The translations under genes and the position numbers were made by a program. Below the pieces are notes generated by a model. That model searched no databases, was not told where the DNA came from, and worked only from the letters and a program-made list of their open reading frames with translations. A stretch of 59,379 bases of DNA, the filler included, from Sphacelaria rigidula (taxonomy: Eukaryota): assembly GCA_964200075.2 (NCBI GenBank). It is 7 parts of 7 records of this genome, joined end to end, with 100 filler letters (N's around TTAATTAATTAA, not from the genome) between each part and the next. Parts side by side here need not be neighbours in the genome. Positions count along the whole stretch, not along the records: positions 25,494 to 33,890 come from CAXNAA020011284.1; positions 33,991 to 42,387 come from CAXNAA020011285.1; 5 more parts are not named here. One strand, written 5' to 3'. Positions 26,162 through 39,960 of the stretch are shown here, piece by piece. Numbering within the stretch: position 1 is the first letter of the stretch; each line of letters begins with the position of its first letter.

Positions 26162-27541
26162 AAGCATACTGTGGGAACCCGAGTTCGATTCTCGGATTGG
26201 ACACCATGTCATGGTATGATACTTACGACCTGGGTAGGAAGATGCCAGTTCAGTGGGCACCGGGGCTAGCAGGCCCAAACACAATCTTTAGTATCGCAAC
26301 CATTGAGTTCGATATCATCGAGTGTGAAGTCAGCCACCGCACCAGTGGTCAGGTGTCATGCCATGAGCCGTGCAGGCTGCAGCACAGCATGTGTTGCATG
26401 AAGGTCAGGCTTACATTTTGTGAAGACCAGAGAATCCTCTGAGATAGTAGTCCCTGATGGCGTAGATGCTCTTGTATTGTTGGCGTACAGGCTAACTTGT
26501 GCTTTGCTAGTTGAGATGCGTAGTCCAAAACCGCTGTAACCCAAAGGGGGCAGGCAGCTCGATTCAATCAAACAATGTAGTATGACCCATCAGGTACCAA
26601 GCATGACAAAGTATGACAAATGGAACCCAGTAGACTGGAACATGACCAATAAATCTGTAACATCCCCCTAGCCATATGTATATGGCTACACACAAATTTA
26701 TTGGAGGGCTGAAAGGGCCAGAACAAAAACAAAGCCTGTGCATCATACGCCTGAAAGTAAAACGAGAATAACCTGCTGAGTTACAGTACAGGGGAAAACT
26801 CGTCGCAGATCATACACCACTGCAGAGTTGTCTGGTGCTGGGTGTACCACCCTGTAGTCAAGATAATGGGGTCATGTTTTGAGCAGTTTTTTAGCAGTTT
26901 TCCGAAAGGTTCTGCTCGTTTTTCGAAAAGTGCTGCTTGTTTTTGAGAGGTTCTCGTTTTTTTAAAAGTATTCCGAAAAAAACGAGAGTGTTTTCTGTGA
27001 CAGAAATCTATAGCCAAATCTGGAATAGCCTGAGACAACAACCGATTTGAGAATTGGAAAACCATCCGTAACGGGCAGCTGATTTAAAAAATGTGGGCTC
27101 CCGTAGGTGGATATACTTTTTGCGCATTTATTCAAGATTGGGAGTGGTCGGTGTTGAGGTGATTTCGTTCCTCCGGAAAGCTCGCTCCACATCAGTAGAT
27201 GGGCAATCTTGTTGCACTAGCGAGTGTCCTCCCTTCGTCTGTACCAGTCGGGAAGCACACGCCCCCGAGCTGCCACCCCACGTTTACCGTCATTGCGAAG
27301 ATATAATAAGACGAGAGCACGAACAGCAGCTGTTGTGGCCGCTACATACCAACGTAACTGCAGTAAATGCGCATGGCGAGTATCCTTTGAAGTGTCGAAC
27401 TACAGAGGGAGAGTTGACAGAAGAAAGACAAAGCTGGCGGCTGCTTCATGTCGGGGCTCCAGTGCAGAAAGGTCCTCTAGATCTTGTGTGTATGCGGGGG
27501 TTGTCAAGTGCCGTGGACCGTCCGCACGAGAAGCAGCGAGT

Positions 27542-27588
<47 letters not shown>

Positions 27589-27856
27589 TCAGAAGCATAT
27601 TTGTTGCCAGTAAATGTACGTGGCTGGGGGTGGGTATGAATCAACCGGCGCCGATGCTGCGGCTGCTGCTGCTGCGGCTGCTCTTGATGGGAGACGGTCC
27701 GCGTTTTGACCGTGCGACAACACCCACGCACCTTGCGAGTGATACCCATCGTGCTGGACAGCGCTGACACACACTCGACTCGGCACCGGCTGATTTAGAC
27801 CCACCCCCAGCCGCGTACATGTACTAGCAGTAAAGATGATGCTGATACTGCTGCTA
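27542..27856. repeat. (CAG)n microsatellite running into an imperfect foldback/MITE-like element
   Basis: CAG run at 27542-27586. ~27580-27653 is an imperfect reverse complement of ~27780-27856 (GTACGTGGCTGGGGGTGGGT / ACCCACCCCCAGCCGCGTAC). Confidence 0.7.
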
Positions 27857-30800
27857 TTGCTTCTTCTCGTGCGGAACGCGATTAGAACGGCGCGTGATTT
27901 CTCGTGATGCTGCATAACTGCTGTGTTGTTTTGTGTTGACTGTGGTAGTCTGTACTGCATACACCACTGCAAAGGTATCTTGTTTTGAGTATACTGCCCT
28001 GTACTCCATATAATGGCGTCATGGTTCGAGCAGTTTTTCACAAAGTTCTGCTCGTTGTTTTAAAAGTTCTCCTCGTTTCCAAAAAGTTCTGCTCGTTTTT
28101 CTAAAAGCTCTTCTCGTTTTTTTAAAAGTATTCCGAAAAAACGAGAGTGTTTTCTGTCACAGACATCTAATGCCGAATCTGGAATAGCCTGAGACAACAA
28201 CCAATTTGAAAATTGGAACAAGCTCAGGTCAAGCTTAAAATTTCTGATAATCTCATGACGTGCTTGTAACGAGCATCAAGTTGCGATACATTTTTATGCG
28301 CCTCCTCCAGCCATTGCAGCAGATGTCTGAAAGTGCACCCTATGGCCTATGGCGTGACTCGTCACCCGTCAACAGACAGGCTTCAATACTCCAAACTGCC
28401 ATGTTTGCGGGTCTGATCCGGGAACGTTCAATGATCAAAGAAAAGTTGTACTTTTCAACCAAAAAAATTTTTAAACCTCAAATACCCAAATTGTCGCGCT
28501 CTCCTCGTGCTAGAAGGCTAGCCTCGTGAGGGGATACTGCCACAACGCCACAACAAGGACGCGAAGTAGGCGCATAAAGTGGGGCTTAAAACAAGGTGGC
28601 AAAGTATACATAATATATATATGAGCATAACTAAAAAAAAACGCGCATACGAAGCTAAAGCCTAGCTCAATCTCTCGACCACGAGGCGTTCGGGATGTCC
28701 ACTCTACAGGCAGTTATTTACAAAACTCGATATCACAAGTCGGGCGTTGACACACGTGGGCCGAGGTGGGCTACTTCGCAGCCAGGTGGTTGAAGGCGGC
28801 GTAAATACTATATCTTCGCTAGCTTCACTTGCGTGTGGTCTTGTTTGACTTATTTCTCCCCACATTAAACTCAACCAGATCCTGGAATCAGACCCACCTC
28901 CCGGAAGAGTCGTTCACTGTTTCTAAAATGACCCCAGCTCAGTGGATAATGTCACTTAACGGTACCCGTTCTCGACCAGTTTTTGTTCGAGTTTGTCTAC
29001 TGGGATACTGCGGGCACGAAATGACTCTCTTCGAAGGGTTGGTGGCAGTAGGAGCAAAGACTCAGACCACAGGCGACATTAGATGATGACGCTACACACC
29101 ACGATCGTCAGCGGCAACAAACGTGTAGCCCGGGTGCTGATGGACGGGGATGCCCGAGGACGATCGTTGACGCCCAAGTTACTGCCCTACTCGCCTGATT
29201 GAAAATACCACGAAAACCTGCATGAATTGTGCGTTTATCCCAACTGACGCATCCAGTGTTACATATATACGTACGTACATCTATATGCCGCTAATATTCC
29301 GATGATCTCTCGAATCCCCACGGGTACGGCAAACTGACACAGATCCTTCTCCCTCCCCATCGATGACACCTTGTCTTTGCTTTGTCTGCTGTGATACCGT
29401 AAAGTCGGGTAATAATGCTCGGCGCACATGTTGACACAAACGACTACCAAACACTTCTTGCCCGTTTGCTGACTCCTCAGCTCCTCGAGCGTTTTCAGAA
29501 GCAAATATTGCACTATTAGATATTGCGATATTAGCCAACACAGCGTTTGCGGTTGCCGTCTATGAACGCATAGACGTCCCGCCACTTGGTCGCGTTCAGA
29601 TGCCGCGCCATGCCACACCCCAACATGTGGAAGTCCGGCTCGTTGTCGACCTCGTGGCATGAAACTCCTCCTATCGCGCGTATGGAGAAGCCAGGAAGCA
29701 GATGCAATGCAATGTACCAAGGACTCAATGCTTGATATGGACTGTGAGGGTGTTAAAAACGTTTTCTGAGTATTATTTTCGTATATTCCAAATATCAGTT
29801 CCTGAGCCTTCCTTGCCCTTGATCCTAACCGCTAAATGAACACACATAGCTTGCCAAGGTCACGTTCCCGAACCTGATACGCTGAAACCAAAAAGTTCCA
29901 TTTATGTACCTATTTCTGTACCTTTCAAGTAGCACCAAACTTGCTCCCGATATATCGCAGGCTTTACAGGACAAATACTGTGGTGGACGCTTGCTTGGCG
30001 CACACAGCGAAACATTTTGCGCGAATTGAACCGCCTTCGAGCAGGAAAAATGCACATCACAACACATACCCACACCCCGCATGCATCGACCGTAGCTTCG
30101 TCGACACCAGCACGAAGTACACATGTATCGTGTGCTCACTCACCTACTCGCCGGACAGATAAGCCGCCCGCCGCGGCGGCGATGGCAGACAAGGATGAGC
30201 AAGGCGACGTTAACACGATATCCGACTTGCTTATTAACAGAAGCTCCACGAGAACCGTCTGAAAGGCGTGAGAGTCAAACAGGAAAACGCGGCGAATCAT
30301 CAAGCACGGGGGGCGTGTTCCAGGGTATTGAGGAAATCTTTGAATTGAGTCATGTATTGAGCGCCGAGCTGCGTACCTGACACATCGACCCATGCCACAT
30401 CTAGTTATGGCTTGTGCTAAATTTCATGTTCATCGTATTTTTCAATCAGTCACTTGAAGGCTTCTGTGTTTTGCTTTTTTTTTTCGTGGCCGCCCCACTC
30501 GCACCATGTGCTTGCGTACTTGGCCATGCAGCAAGGTCATACGCGAACCGCCTAGGTTTTAGTTGGGTAATCACGTTAAAACCGGTAGGCATCGTGTCGG
30601 TGCTGATTTAGAACAAACGGGGCATGGGACGGTATCGAGATTATGCCTTCTACTCTTTACTTCGTGTGATCTACCTGCTGATGGGCAACTGTTTCCGAAG
30701 AGAGGTCGTCGTCGTGTCCCAGAGTATGCCGAGACATGCCCGTTTAGACTGTTTATGAGCAAAACGATCCTCGTGGAGTGTTGTGTGAAGTGTGATGTCA

Positions 30801-33800
30801 TCAATGATTGACTGAGTGAGTGATTGGTTGATTGATTGATTGTCGCACTTCAACTGACCCCCCAGGGGTCCAGCCGTGGTCGCATGATAGACGTACCCAA
30901 GAATCAATGGACACCACTTTCTCATGTTTTTTCACGCGCTCGTCTCTCTTGCACATTCGTATCAAGAACGAAAAACGCCTGAGGGAAAACACCGAGGATG
31001 TGTTCCACCTTCGATTATTCACGGTGGGAATCCTCATGTTGTACTTATACACATACGTGTACCTGTACTTTCTTGATCTTCTTGTCTGTTTTGCTATCCC
31101 GTTCTTCGCTTTCCGTCTTGACTACACGATGCAACCCCGTCACCGTCGTGCCACCTGGCGTCAGCTTTGTTCTCGCGTCCTGTGCGGTCGTACAAAATAC
31201 GGGTCGTCAGGTACCGAAAAGCAGCATGTGGGATATTTACATACGTCGGATAGATCATATTCTGTGTGAAACAACTAATGAAAGAAGACCCTCGAGCCCG
31301 TTGGTCCAAAAACACAAAATATGTGACAGCGGAGTCAGTAAAGCCAAAGCGCAACCTTTGCACTACTCGGCATGCTCAGCGTCCGGCACCGTAAAGAGCA
31401 AACATGGAAAAGTAGGGTCAGATGATACGGATCATGATCCGAATCAGTATACTGAGAAGAAGTAATTTTCAGACGGATCATGATCTGTCCGACGTGTGGA
31501 TCTTTACCGTCGACTTGCCATATATAAATGAAACGATGTATATCCACTGACAGGAGATCTCTTTCTCACATGCAATGTATATCTTTGCGATGCTTGCGAC
31601 ACTCCGCGGTCAAGCAGGCATGACCAAAAATGTACCGCAAAATATCCCAACCTTACCTCCCCGATCCCTGGGATATTGCTGGCCAGTATGACCGTGGTGG
31701 CTCTTCCCTGATCCACAAATCCCTTCAAGCACGTGGCAAATGATTCCCTTTGCCGGTCTTTTTCCAATTTAGACGCCAGCGCGTGTGCGACCACCGTCTT
31801 TGGAAAAGGTAACAGACGAGCGGGGCCACGTGAGTCGGGTGTTAGATGAGTCCCATCGCCCCTACTACTCGCGGGGGTACGGTCACGTTACCTGGTGCAT
31901 CGCAAGGAGCCTTGTTTGAGCCAGCAAAGAGTTTCGCACTGAAACCATATGTTCATCGATTGTATGGCATGGGCTCTGCGGGCGATCCATGGCCCGAGCG
32001 ATGTAACTGCGTTGTGGTCATCTGCCATACGCTACCGTAGTACTACTTCGGGGCGACGATGATTTCTTGAAATACGCAGTGTGTCGTCACAACACTACGC
32101 ATGGCGCTTCTCACCGGTCCAGCAAGCGGAAAGATCTGTGCCGCTGCAGTCTCCACTCGCCGAGACACAGCATCGACAGGCCGGAACAAGCCTGCAAAGA
32201 GAATCGCCACAGCGTCTCCGCCCCCGAGCCACTGTGACAGAGAAATGCCACCCAAATCAGGCGCCCCGTATGCGGGATCCGCCAAAGCTTGCACTAGGTA
32301 CTGGCGGCGAGGCAGACAGCATGGCAGCGGTATCGTTGTTATGGGAATATACGGCAGGTTGTGACCGACCCAGATATTTCACGCCAACGACGACCGTTGA
32401 CACAGGCGTTCCCAGGGTTTGTTGTTCTACTCTTGCGCCTCACCCCTCTCCGCAAGCATGCCGTGCTCATTTAGGGTTGTCGCTACCGAAAAAAACTGTG
32501 GTATGGCAATTGGTGTGCATGCATGTACGCCAGCAGATGGCCATGCATGTACACAACATGGACCTGCAATCTCCAGGTACTTCCATTTGCATCAAGACCT
32601 GCCTTCCCTGCCTTTCCTAAGGCCATACATCGAATGCCTGCTGAACACTGCTTCCGTTAGAGGGGCATACTCTCGCCTGATCTGTGGTGATGTGCAGAAC
32701 CCGACACCCTGCTTTTGGATCTCGCCCTCTGTTTGTGATGAAAAACGTGTCCAGCCCGCCGTTTTCTACTCCTGCTAGACATACCGAGTGGGCCCACGAT
32801 AACCGGAAATTCGTAGTTCCGGTGGAGTAGAGGAAACTCATTGTGAGGGTGTACGAAGCATCATTGGGACTGCTACATCACGACTTCCATAAAACTTGTG
32901 ATCCAAGGATTTACATGGTTGATCGAGGTGTATGTATGGATGTTCCAGAGACTTGCTGGTAGGTCCGGAAGAATCAGGACCCAGATTTTCATCGACGAGT
33001 TGTTGCTTCGACGTTCATTCTAGTGTAGCGCTATCGAGCGAAGAAGGGGCTCGCTAACGGAGGAGGAAGTTTCAGTTGTTGGAATGGTCTTCACTGGTCG
33101 AATTCATCGTGCTTAGACCATCGACGGCATCCCCTCACAAAGGATGAAGCTAGCGTTCGTGATCTGACATGTGCCGCTTACAGTACCCCGGCGCTACGAA
33201 ACATGATACCACGAGTAAACCATCGATCCTTAATCCAAGGTAACGAATGTTACCGCGTGTCACTTCATGATACCGATGAACCATAACAATGTCGCCACCA
33301 TATAGCTGCTGCATGGGCTCAACCACCGATAGCTGCGTCAGATTACAGTAGATAACCACACCTCCCTGTGCCAGGTCCATCGTGCAGTTGTTTCTTTCGC
33401 TAATGTGTGTGGGCGGAGGAATTCCATCCCACCGCTCTTCCTCCTCGGAGTCAAACAGAAGCCCTCCGGCTCTGCTCTTTCGACCTTTCTCAGCCTTCGA
33501 CGACCAGGGCGAAAACGGCGGAAGGAACAAGTCGTCGTACACCGCTTCACACCTGTGAAACGGTAGCACCGACAAGTTGGTTGAGATGGCCATGGGGAGA
33601 TGTCAAGTGTGTTATGTAAAAACAATGGTTTCTAACGTGAAGAGGTTACTAGGGCTTGTTGCTGTATCACTTTTCTTATGGTACTGGAGTACGCCTCACC
33701 ATTTGTTTTCGGCACACTGTGAGCCCCTCTTCTTCCCCAGGACATGATCGTAGTCTCAAGGGGTAGGATCAATCGACTAATCTCTCCCGCAGTACCTGCC

Positions 33801-33996
33801 TGCCGTTCCATCATCGGGGGGGGGGCGTACTCATTTGTTGCTTGCCTTAGTCGTCTGGCCATTGACCACGCGTCCCTTTCGAGACGGAGCNNNNNNNNNN
33901 NNNNNNNNNNNNNNNNNNNNNNNNNNNNNNNNNNTTAATTAATTAANNNNNNNNNNNNNNNNNNNNNNNNNNNNNNNNNNNNNNNNNNNNAAAGAA

Positions 33997-34436
33997 CACG
34001 GGATCATACAAAATGGGGATGGATCTTTTAATGGGGATGAGAAACCCGGAGAATCAAAATCTTCGTATCCACACCAAATCTTCGAAATATGGTTCCATTT
34101 TTTCACCTGCTGATAGCTTTTGACAACGACTAAACATCATACAAATTTGGATTTCGATTACCTAAATGTTGGGGTCCCATGTGAAAAATCAATTTTCGGG
34201 AATTCCGGGTGTCCGAACGGACACCAAAATGGTTCCGAAATTGGTTTTCCCCCTAGGACCGCAACATTTCGGTGATAGAAATCCAAATTTGTATGGCGTG
34301 TAGCAGTTGTCAATAGCTATCAGTAGGTGAAACAATGGAGCCATATTTCGAAGATTTGGTGTGGATGCGAAGATTGTAAATCTCCGGGTTTCTCATCCCC
34401 AATAAAATATCCATCCTCAATTTGTAAGATCCCGTG
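33997..34436. mobile_element. MITE/foldback element, copy 1
   Basis: Ends CACGGGAT...ATCCCGTG with long internal inverted arms. Homologous to 37542-37979. Confidence 0.85.
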
Positions 34437-34527
34437 TTAAAGTGGGAATATTTACCCAGCGCGACAGCAAGTCACCCCACGCGTTACGTTCACCCGAAAT
34501 ATGACAAATCGTGTACCGATACTGGCC

Positions 34528-36229
34528 TCATACACTTCTCCACCCCTCCAATCGCTGTGCCAACGCCTTCGATGCAGACGCCACGCATGCCTCCGGGTGG
34601 AAAATGTACGCTAGATTTCGGTGATTTGTGAAAATATGCACGCCATTGCACAATAGATGCTCGAGACGACGAAAAGTGCTCACGATAGCAAAAACTTCCT
34701 TGTCAATGGTTGCCCAACGCATCTGTAAACCCGTGAAATTACCACTAAGAAAAGCCAGCGGTTCATGCGTCATATCTTCAACCGGCAACCGTTGTTGCAT
34801 TTCTGCATCAGGCACATGCGTTACAAAACTACCCCAATGACACTCGGATGCATTCGGAAACATCAGCACCTGGCAAGCGGGGCGGGGATGGAACAGCGTC
34901 ACAGCATGAGTCACCAGATCCTTCGCTGCCGCCCATGCCTGTAGCCTGTCCTCCGTCCACGATGCAGCCTTCTTCGGAAACGCCATAATATCTGGACTGG
35001 ACCACCCCGCCTGCAAATTCCGTAACACCAATCCAAGTGCCAAAAGAGCCGCCATGCACAAGGCCAACCAACTCGACTTCACTGGATCGTACCGCCGCGG
35101 CTTTGTCTTCACCGCGTACGCCCCAGGTTTTGGCTGAACACGCATGGGCTCCACGCGCGCAGGGGGGTCACCCCGCTCTGCACGACGAAACGCGTTGACG
35201 CGGCGATGCAAGATGCCCCGCAGGCGTTCCGCTTTGAGGGCACCGAGGCCTTTCGCCACAGCATCTGTCGCGCTCTCCTCCAGCGCGACCTTCCGAGCAG
35301 ACTCCTCTTCCGCCGGGTCCATCAACATATCCGGGTCGCGCTTTACCAAGCGTTCCGCCGCCTCATCACGCTCCTCGGACACCTGCCCCCCCGCCTCCTG
35401 GAGAGCATCAACCGGCAAGCTCACGCTGCGACTGGCCAAAACAAAAGGCGTCTCGAAACTCGAACCGGGCGACGGCATTTGCATTTTTAGGTACTCTAAC
35501 AGCCGAATATACGGATCGACTCCGTGTCCCCGAAGCGTCGGTAAGCCCAACAGAACGACACCATCCGTCCCCGGCATGATCGCAAACGATATCGGGGGTA
35601 ATTTCAGTGGCCCCCAGGTAGTCTTGAACGCCAACTGTATGGGAATCGCACGCTCCGTGACATTTATACGTTGCCCCGATGCGGTGATGACCTGCCGCGC
35701 CCCGAGCGAGAACGGAATATGGATTTTCTCACCGGGGAGTAAACGCTCCAACATCTCCACAATTAGCACCGACACGCTCGTGAAATGAGCGCCTGAATCC
35801 AACACAGCGTTGACCGATATGGCTCCCCGCGCCCGTTGATATGGGAGATATAATTCTGCAAGAACATAATTTTCTTGATCCTCGACCGGCACCTGCTCCG
35901 CCGACTGATTTGTCATGATCCTCATTTGGCGCCGCGGCTGCGCGTACGGCGCAGGCACAGACGCCCCCCCAGGGGTCCCCGGCACCGCCGGCGGGTACGA
36001 AGCCCCGCCCGCAGAACCATATTGCGGCGGTACTCCGGCCGACGCAGCAGCGGATCCAAATTTCAGCTGAAATCCGGCCGGCTCCGCAGCAGGCGTCTCG
36101 CCTTGCTCTGCTGCCGGCGGCGCCGGCATTGAGCCTGACACTAGAGTGGTCGGTCCCACCTGCACCGCCCGTTGCGGAGCAGCAGCCCTTGCGGCTGAGC
36201 CGGACCCAGAACCGGACCCCTGCTGACGC

Positions 36230-36277
<48 letters not shown>

Positions 36278-36830
36278 GAACTCGACTGTACATCTCCACC
36301 GCTGGAGGATCCGCCGCCGCCGCCACCACGATTACCTTGTCTTTTGCCCTTGTGCTGACGATGCTGATGACGCGCGGCATGAGACTGCCCACACTTTCCA
36401 CCGGAAGACGTTGGTCAATTGCGTGCGTAATGGTCGACCTGGCCACAACAGTGGCAATTGCCCGCCGCATGCCCAACATGCTTTCTGATCGCCGCGCGCG
36501 GCGGCGTTATTGTGTGCTTCTCAAGGAATCTCCTTGCAAAAATGCGTTGGAGGGGGGTGGGCACAAGTTGCGCCATGGAAACCACGTGATGCCTGACAGC
36601 ACTCCTGCATTCGAATGCTCCACCCGCTTCTTGTATTCCATGTATTTCGTATAAAAGGAACGAGAAGCATCCCCTGAGAAACAAATCCCGTAACTCGGAG
36701 GCTGCAACTCTTCTCTCATAACAACTGGAATTACAGGCGTCTCCGCTGGCTCTACTGCCGGTAGCTCTGTAGTCGATATTTTCCGAGCGAACCTAATCGA
36801 AGGCTTCTGAACCTTCTCGAACTCCACAGT
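34528..36830 (-). mobile_element. Ty3/Gypsy internal region (gag remnants, protease, truncated RT, RNaseH), non-autonomous
   Basis: Protease VNAVLDSGAHFT; RT start KTKPRRY..WSSP; RNaseH FPNASECHWG, WATIDKEVFAIV, IFTNHRNLAYIF. PR-RT-RH order. Confidence 0.88.
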
Positions 36831-37084
36831 TCACACCTGCCTTCGTCGCAGCTCCACACAGCCGTAGGGTCCTCTAAACTCCCGCTGCACGCAGCTCCAG
36901 CAAGTCTCCAGTCTGGATCAATCACGGACCGGCCGCCTTTGCAGCTACCTCAGCTTGAACCCTTCTCACGCGTCCGTGAAGCAATACGTCCAAAGCTGTC
37001 CAGACTCCTTTCTGCTGAAAAAATTTCAGTAGTCACTCACGATCGCACAACTAGCACGACTAGCACTATCACTAATATCGATAA

Positions 37085-37338
37085 TGTGACGCCAGCAGGT
37101 TGCTAGTACTGCAGTGTCTAATGCTGTTGAAGGACCCCCCAGTTCCACTGGCCTCAGGTTTCAGTCGTTAGCCTTCACAACACCTTTCATTATCCTGGAG
37201 TGCCTCCCAGGTGGCTCCATAAACCACATCAGAGTATCACCCCTGTGTCCATGTCATCATCCATATCATCACTACAGATCCCACGTCATCATCCATAATA
37301 TCACTATATACTCGACGTGACGGCGTGATTCCGTCACA
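37085..37338 (-). mobile_element. Probable 5' LTR (254 bp) of the Gypsy element
   Basis: Bounded by the 7-bp inverted repeat TGTGACG...CGTCACA, directly upstream of gag. No second LTR is present. Confidence 0.65.
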
Positions 37339-37541
37339 CGTTTATTTCATGCGTATCCCTTTTTGAACTGGTGCGGTATAATAGTCCGTACAGCACGGAG
37401 CATGCGGCAGTACTAGATCGAAAAACTGGTACACCACACCTCCAAGTGCAACAACGATGGACTCGCTGGCATTTCTTCTGCGTGCTTTCGAAGGAAGCGT
37501 CATGAAACATGAGGAGTGATACCGTGACGGGCTGCCACAAA

Positions 37542-37979
37542 CACGGGATATTACAAATTGGGGATGTTTTTTTTCGGGGATGAGAAACCCGGAGAATGAA
37601 AATCTTCGTATCCACACCAATTCTTCGGAATATGGTTCAATTTCTTCACTTGCTGGTAGCTATTGACAATTACTTCACGTCATACATATTTGGATCTCGA
37701 TAACCGAAATGTTGGGGTCCGAGGTGAAGAACTAATTTTGGGGAATTTCGGGTGTCCGAACGGACGCCAAAATGGTTCCGAAATTGGTTTTTCACCTGGG
37801 GCCGCACCATTTCGGTGATCGAAATTGAGATTTCTACGGCGTGTAGCAGCTGTCAGTAGCTATCAGCAGGTGAAGAAATTGAACCGTATTTCGAAGATGT
37901 GGTGTAGATACGAATATTTTAGTTCTCCGGGCTTCTCATCCCCAATTAAAGATCCATCCCCAATTTGTAAGATCCCGTG
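37542..37979. mobile_element. MITE/foldback element, copy 2
   Basis: Same termini and internal sequence as 33997-34436. Confidence 0.85.
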
Positions 37980-38151
37980 TCCACAGGAGAGTACAACGCT
38001 GTAGTGCATAAGCGCGCTGGCACGGTGTCGCCAACACGGAAACGCTAGCGCGCGTGCTGCTCGAAAGTAACGCGCTCCGCCCGTGTATTGTAATTCAGTG
38101 CGTTTCATTGAATTCCAATGCAGAGGTTACCCTTTGGGTGTGGAGCCGATA

Positions 38152-39960
38152 CTGTTAGAGGTGCTAATCGGGGCGAAAAAAGATAGGAAATGTTTGCAAA
38201 AAGTGTCCGGGATCTTCCTGACGGAAAATCGCATGAGCCAATGAGATGGGAAGGGTACGCCCAACCGATCGGCGAAGAAGCAAATGGGCCGCCCGGTCGG
38301 TTGGGTATAGAAGCGCACAAGGCCATCTGCACCCATGACACGCACACGTCCCTGCTGCACTGCATCGCCGGTACGGTCTGTTCATCATTCATTTTCACGT
38401 TGAAACTGTGACAAAGCAACACAGATGACCAGCCCTGGGGGTGCCCCTCTATATAGGTCGAGACAAAGACAATCGAAAACGCACAGTAGTGTACAGCGGT
38501 GGAATGGTTTACATAACAGTACAGTGTTGTCTTCTCTCTCCCACCCGTTGCGTTCGTTCCGTTCGTCTATGGGTATCACCAAGGATCAGACTACACCAAA
38601 ATCTCCGACACCGCTATTCCTTCCTGCGTCCAGTTGCAGAAAAGGTTTTCGGGCTGTGGTGGGTATTCATTTTTGAAGTAAACAATTCTCCCATAACAGA
38701 CACAACTGGCCCATCATGAGACGTGGCTGCCCTGTGTGTAAATAGACAAAGCCGAAGTGCACCGTGCAGCACAGTACAATCAGTACAGCGCAACGTAGTA
38801 CAGTACAATGCTATCTTCTCTGCGCCCCCCGCCGCATTTCTCCCTTCTTCTGTGGGAATCGTCGAGTATCGGATTACTCCTTTGGAGATCGTCACTCTTG
38901 CCGCCCGCTCTGAAAGTGACGCTCGATCACCAGGATGATGTCTTGTGTTCATTTTTCAAGTCAGAACATCTGGGGACGGTCGCCTCTTCCCACAAAAAAC
39001 CGGCTCTAAAGTTGAACTCTCCGACCTCCTGTTGAGGTCGTTTGGGTTTTGCACTCATTTTTCAAGTGATAGGTAAGCCGATACGACATATGCCTGACCC
39101 TGGGTTGAGTGGAGTGTGAGAGACATTTGTCGGTGTATTCCCGATGTACAAGCTCAAGTCGCAGCGGACAGAGGCTGTAGATGCGGTACGGCGAACATGG
39201 CGGTACCTATACAATCAACACCACAGATGAAGAGGAGAGCACTATTCGGTCACCATGATGTCGTCTGCTCCAGTACACGCAATGTTTTTTACCTTGGGTT
39301 TCTTGTGCGGCTGTGTGCACAAGCGGCGAGGCTTTCCTAAGCAAAAAATGTCTGAGGGTATTAGACTATATGTGCACATGCGTACGCACTGAAGTAAACT
39401 TACTCCGCGACCGATTCAGATCTCCACCCCGACGTTTCTCCCCGAGCCCCTTTTGGCGGTGATTATTTTTTCATTTGAATATATTCTGGATGGTGCGTTG
39501 CCCAGGACGTACTCCATCGATTGATAAGTTAAATCCGGGCGGTTCTCCACGGTTACGTGTGCGATTCGAGTGCCGATTGTCGCGTGGGGGGGGCACAACC
39601 CCAATGCACTGCACTGCAAGCTTCATTTCTGGGCACGTCCCGCAGTCAGATCAGTAAGCCGGAAAATCTATTTAAATTATATGTTTTTTTCAGGTTTAGG
39701 GGGTGCATCTTCAAAGATGGAGGATAAGGAGCTCGCAATGGGCTGCGTGTGGAGGGTAGCTAACAGGATTTAGGGTGTGAACAGGGAGGGTGTTGCCTGC
39801 CCGCGCGATTAACCCGTCAAGAGATTGGGTTGTAAAAGCAAGTGTATTTGGGCGGAGCATCCCAAGACATAAAAGGAAAAGGGAATTTTTTGTCTGTGGT
39901 CGTTGTGATTTCCTCGAACAGCCCGGACACGTTTTTCGCCCCGATTAGCACCCCTAACTG
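38152..39960. mobile_element. Non-autonomous TIR element, probably Tc1/mariner-like (~1.8 kb)
   Basis: 29-bp TIRs CTGTTAGAGGTGCTAATCGGGGCGAAAAA / TTTTTCGCCCCGATTAGCACCCCTAACTG with two mismatches. TA on the left flank, TG on the right. Confidence 0.7.

Noticed and set aside
27093-28041. Poly-Q/S/A ORFs
   Set aside because: They are by-products of CAG microsatellites and a foldback repeat.
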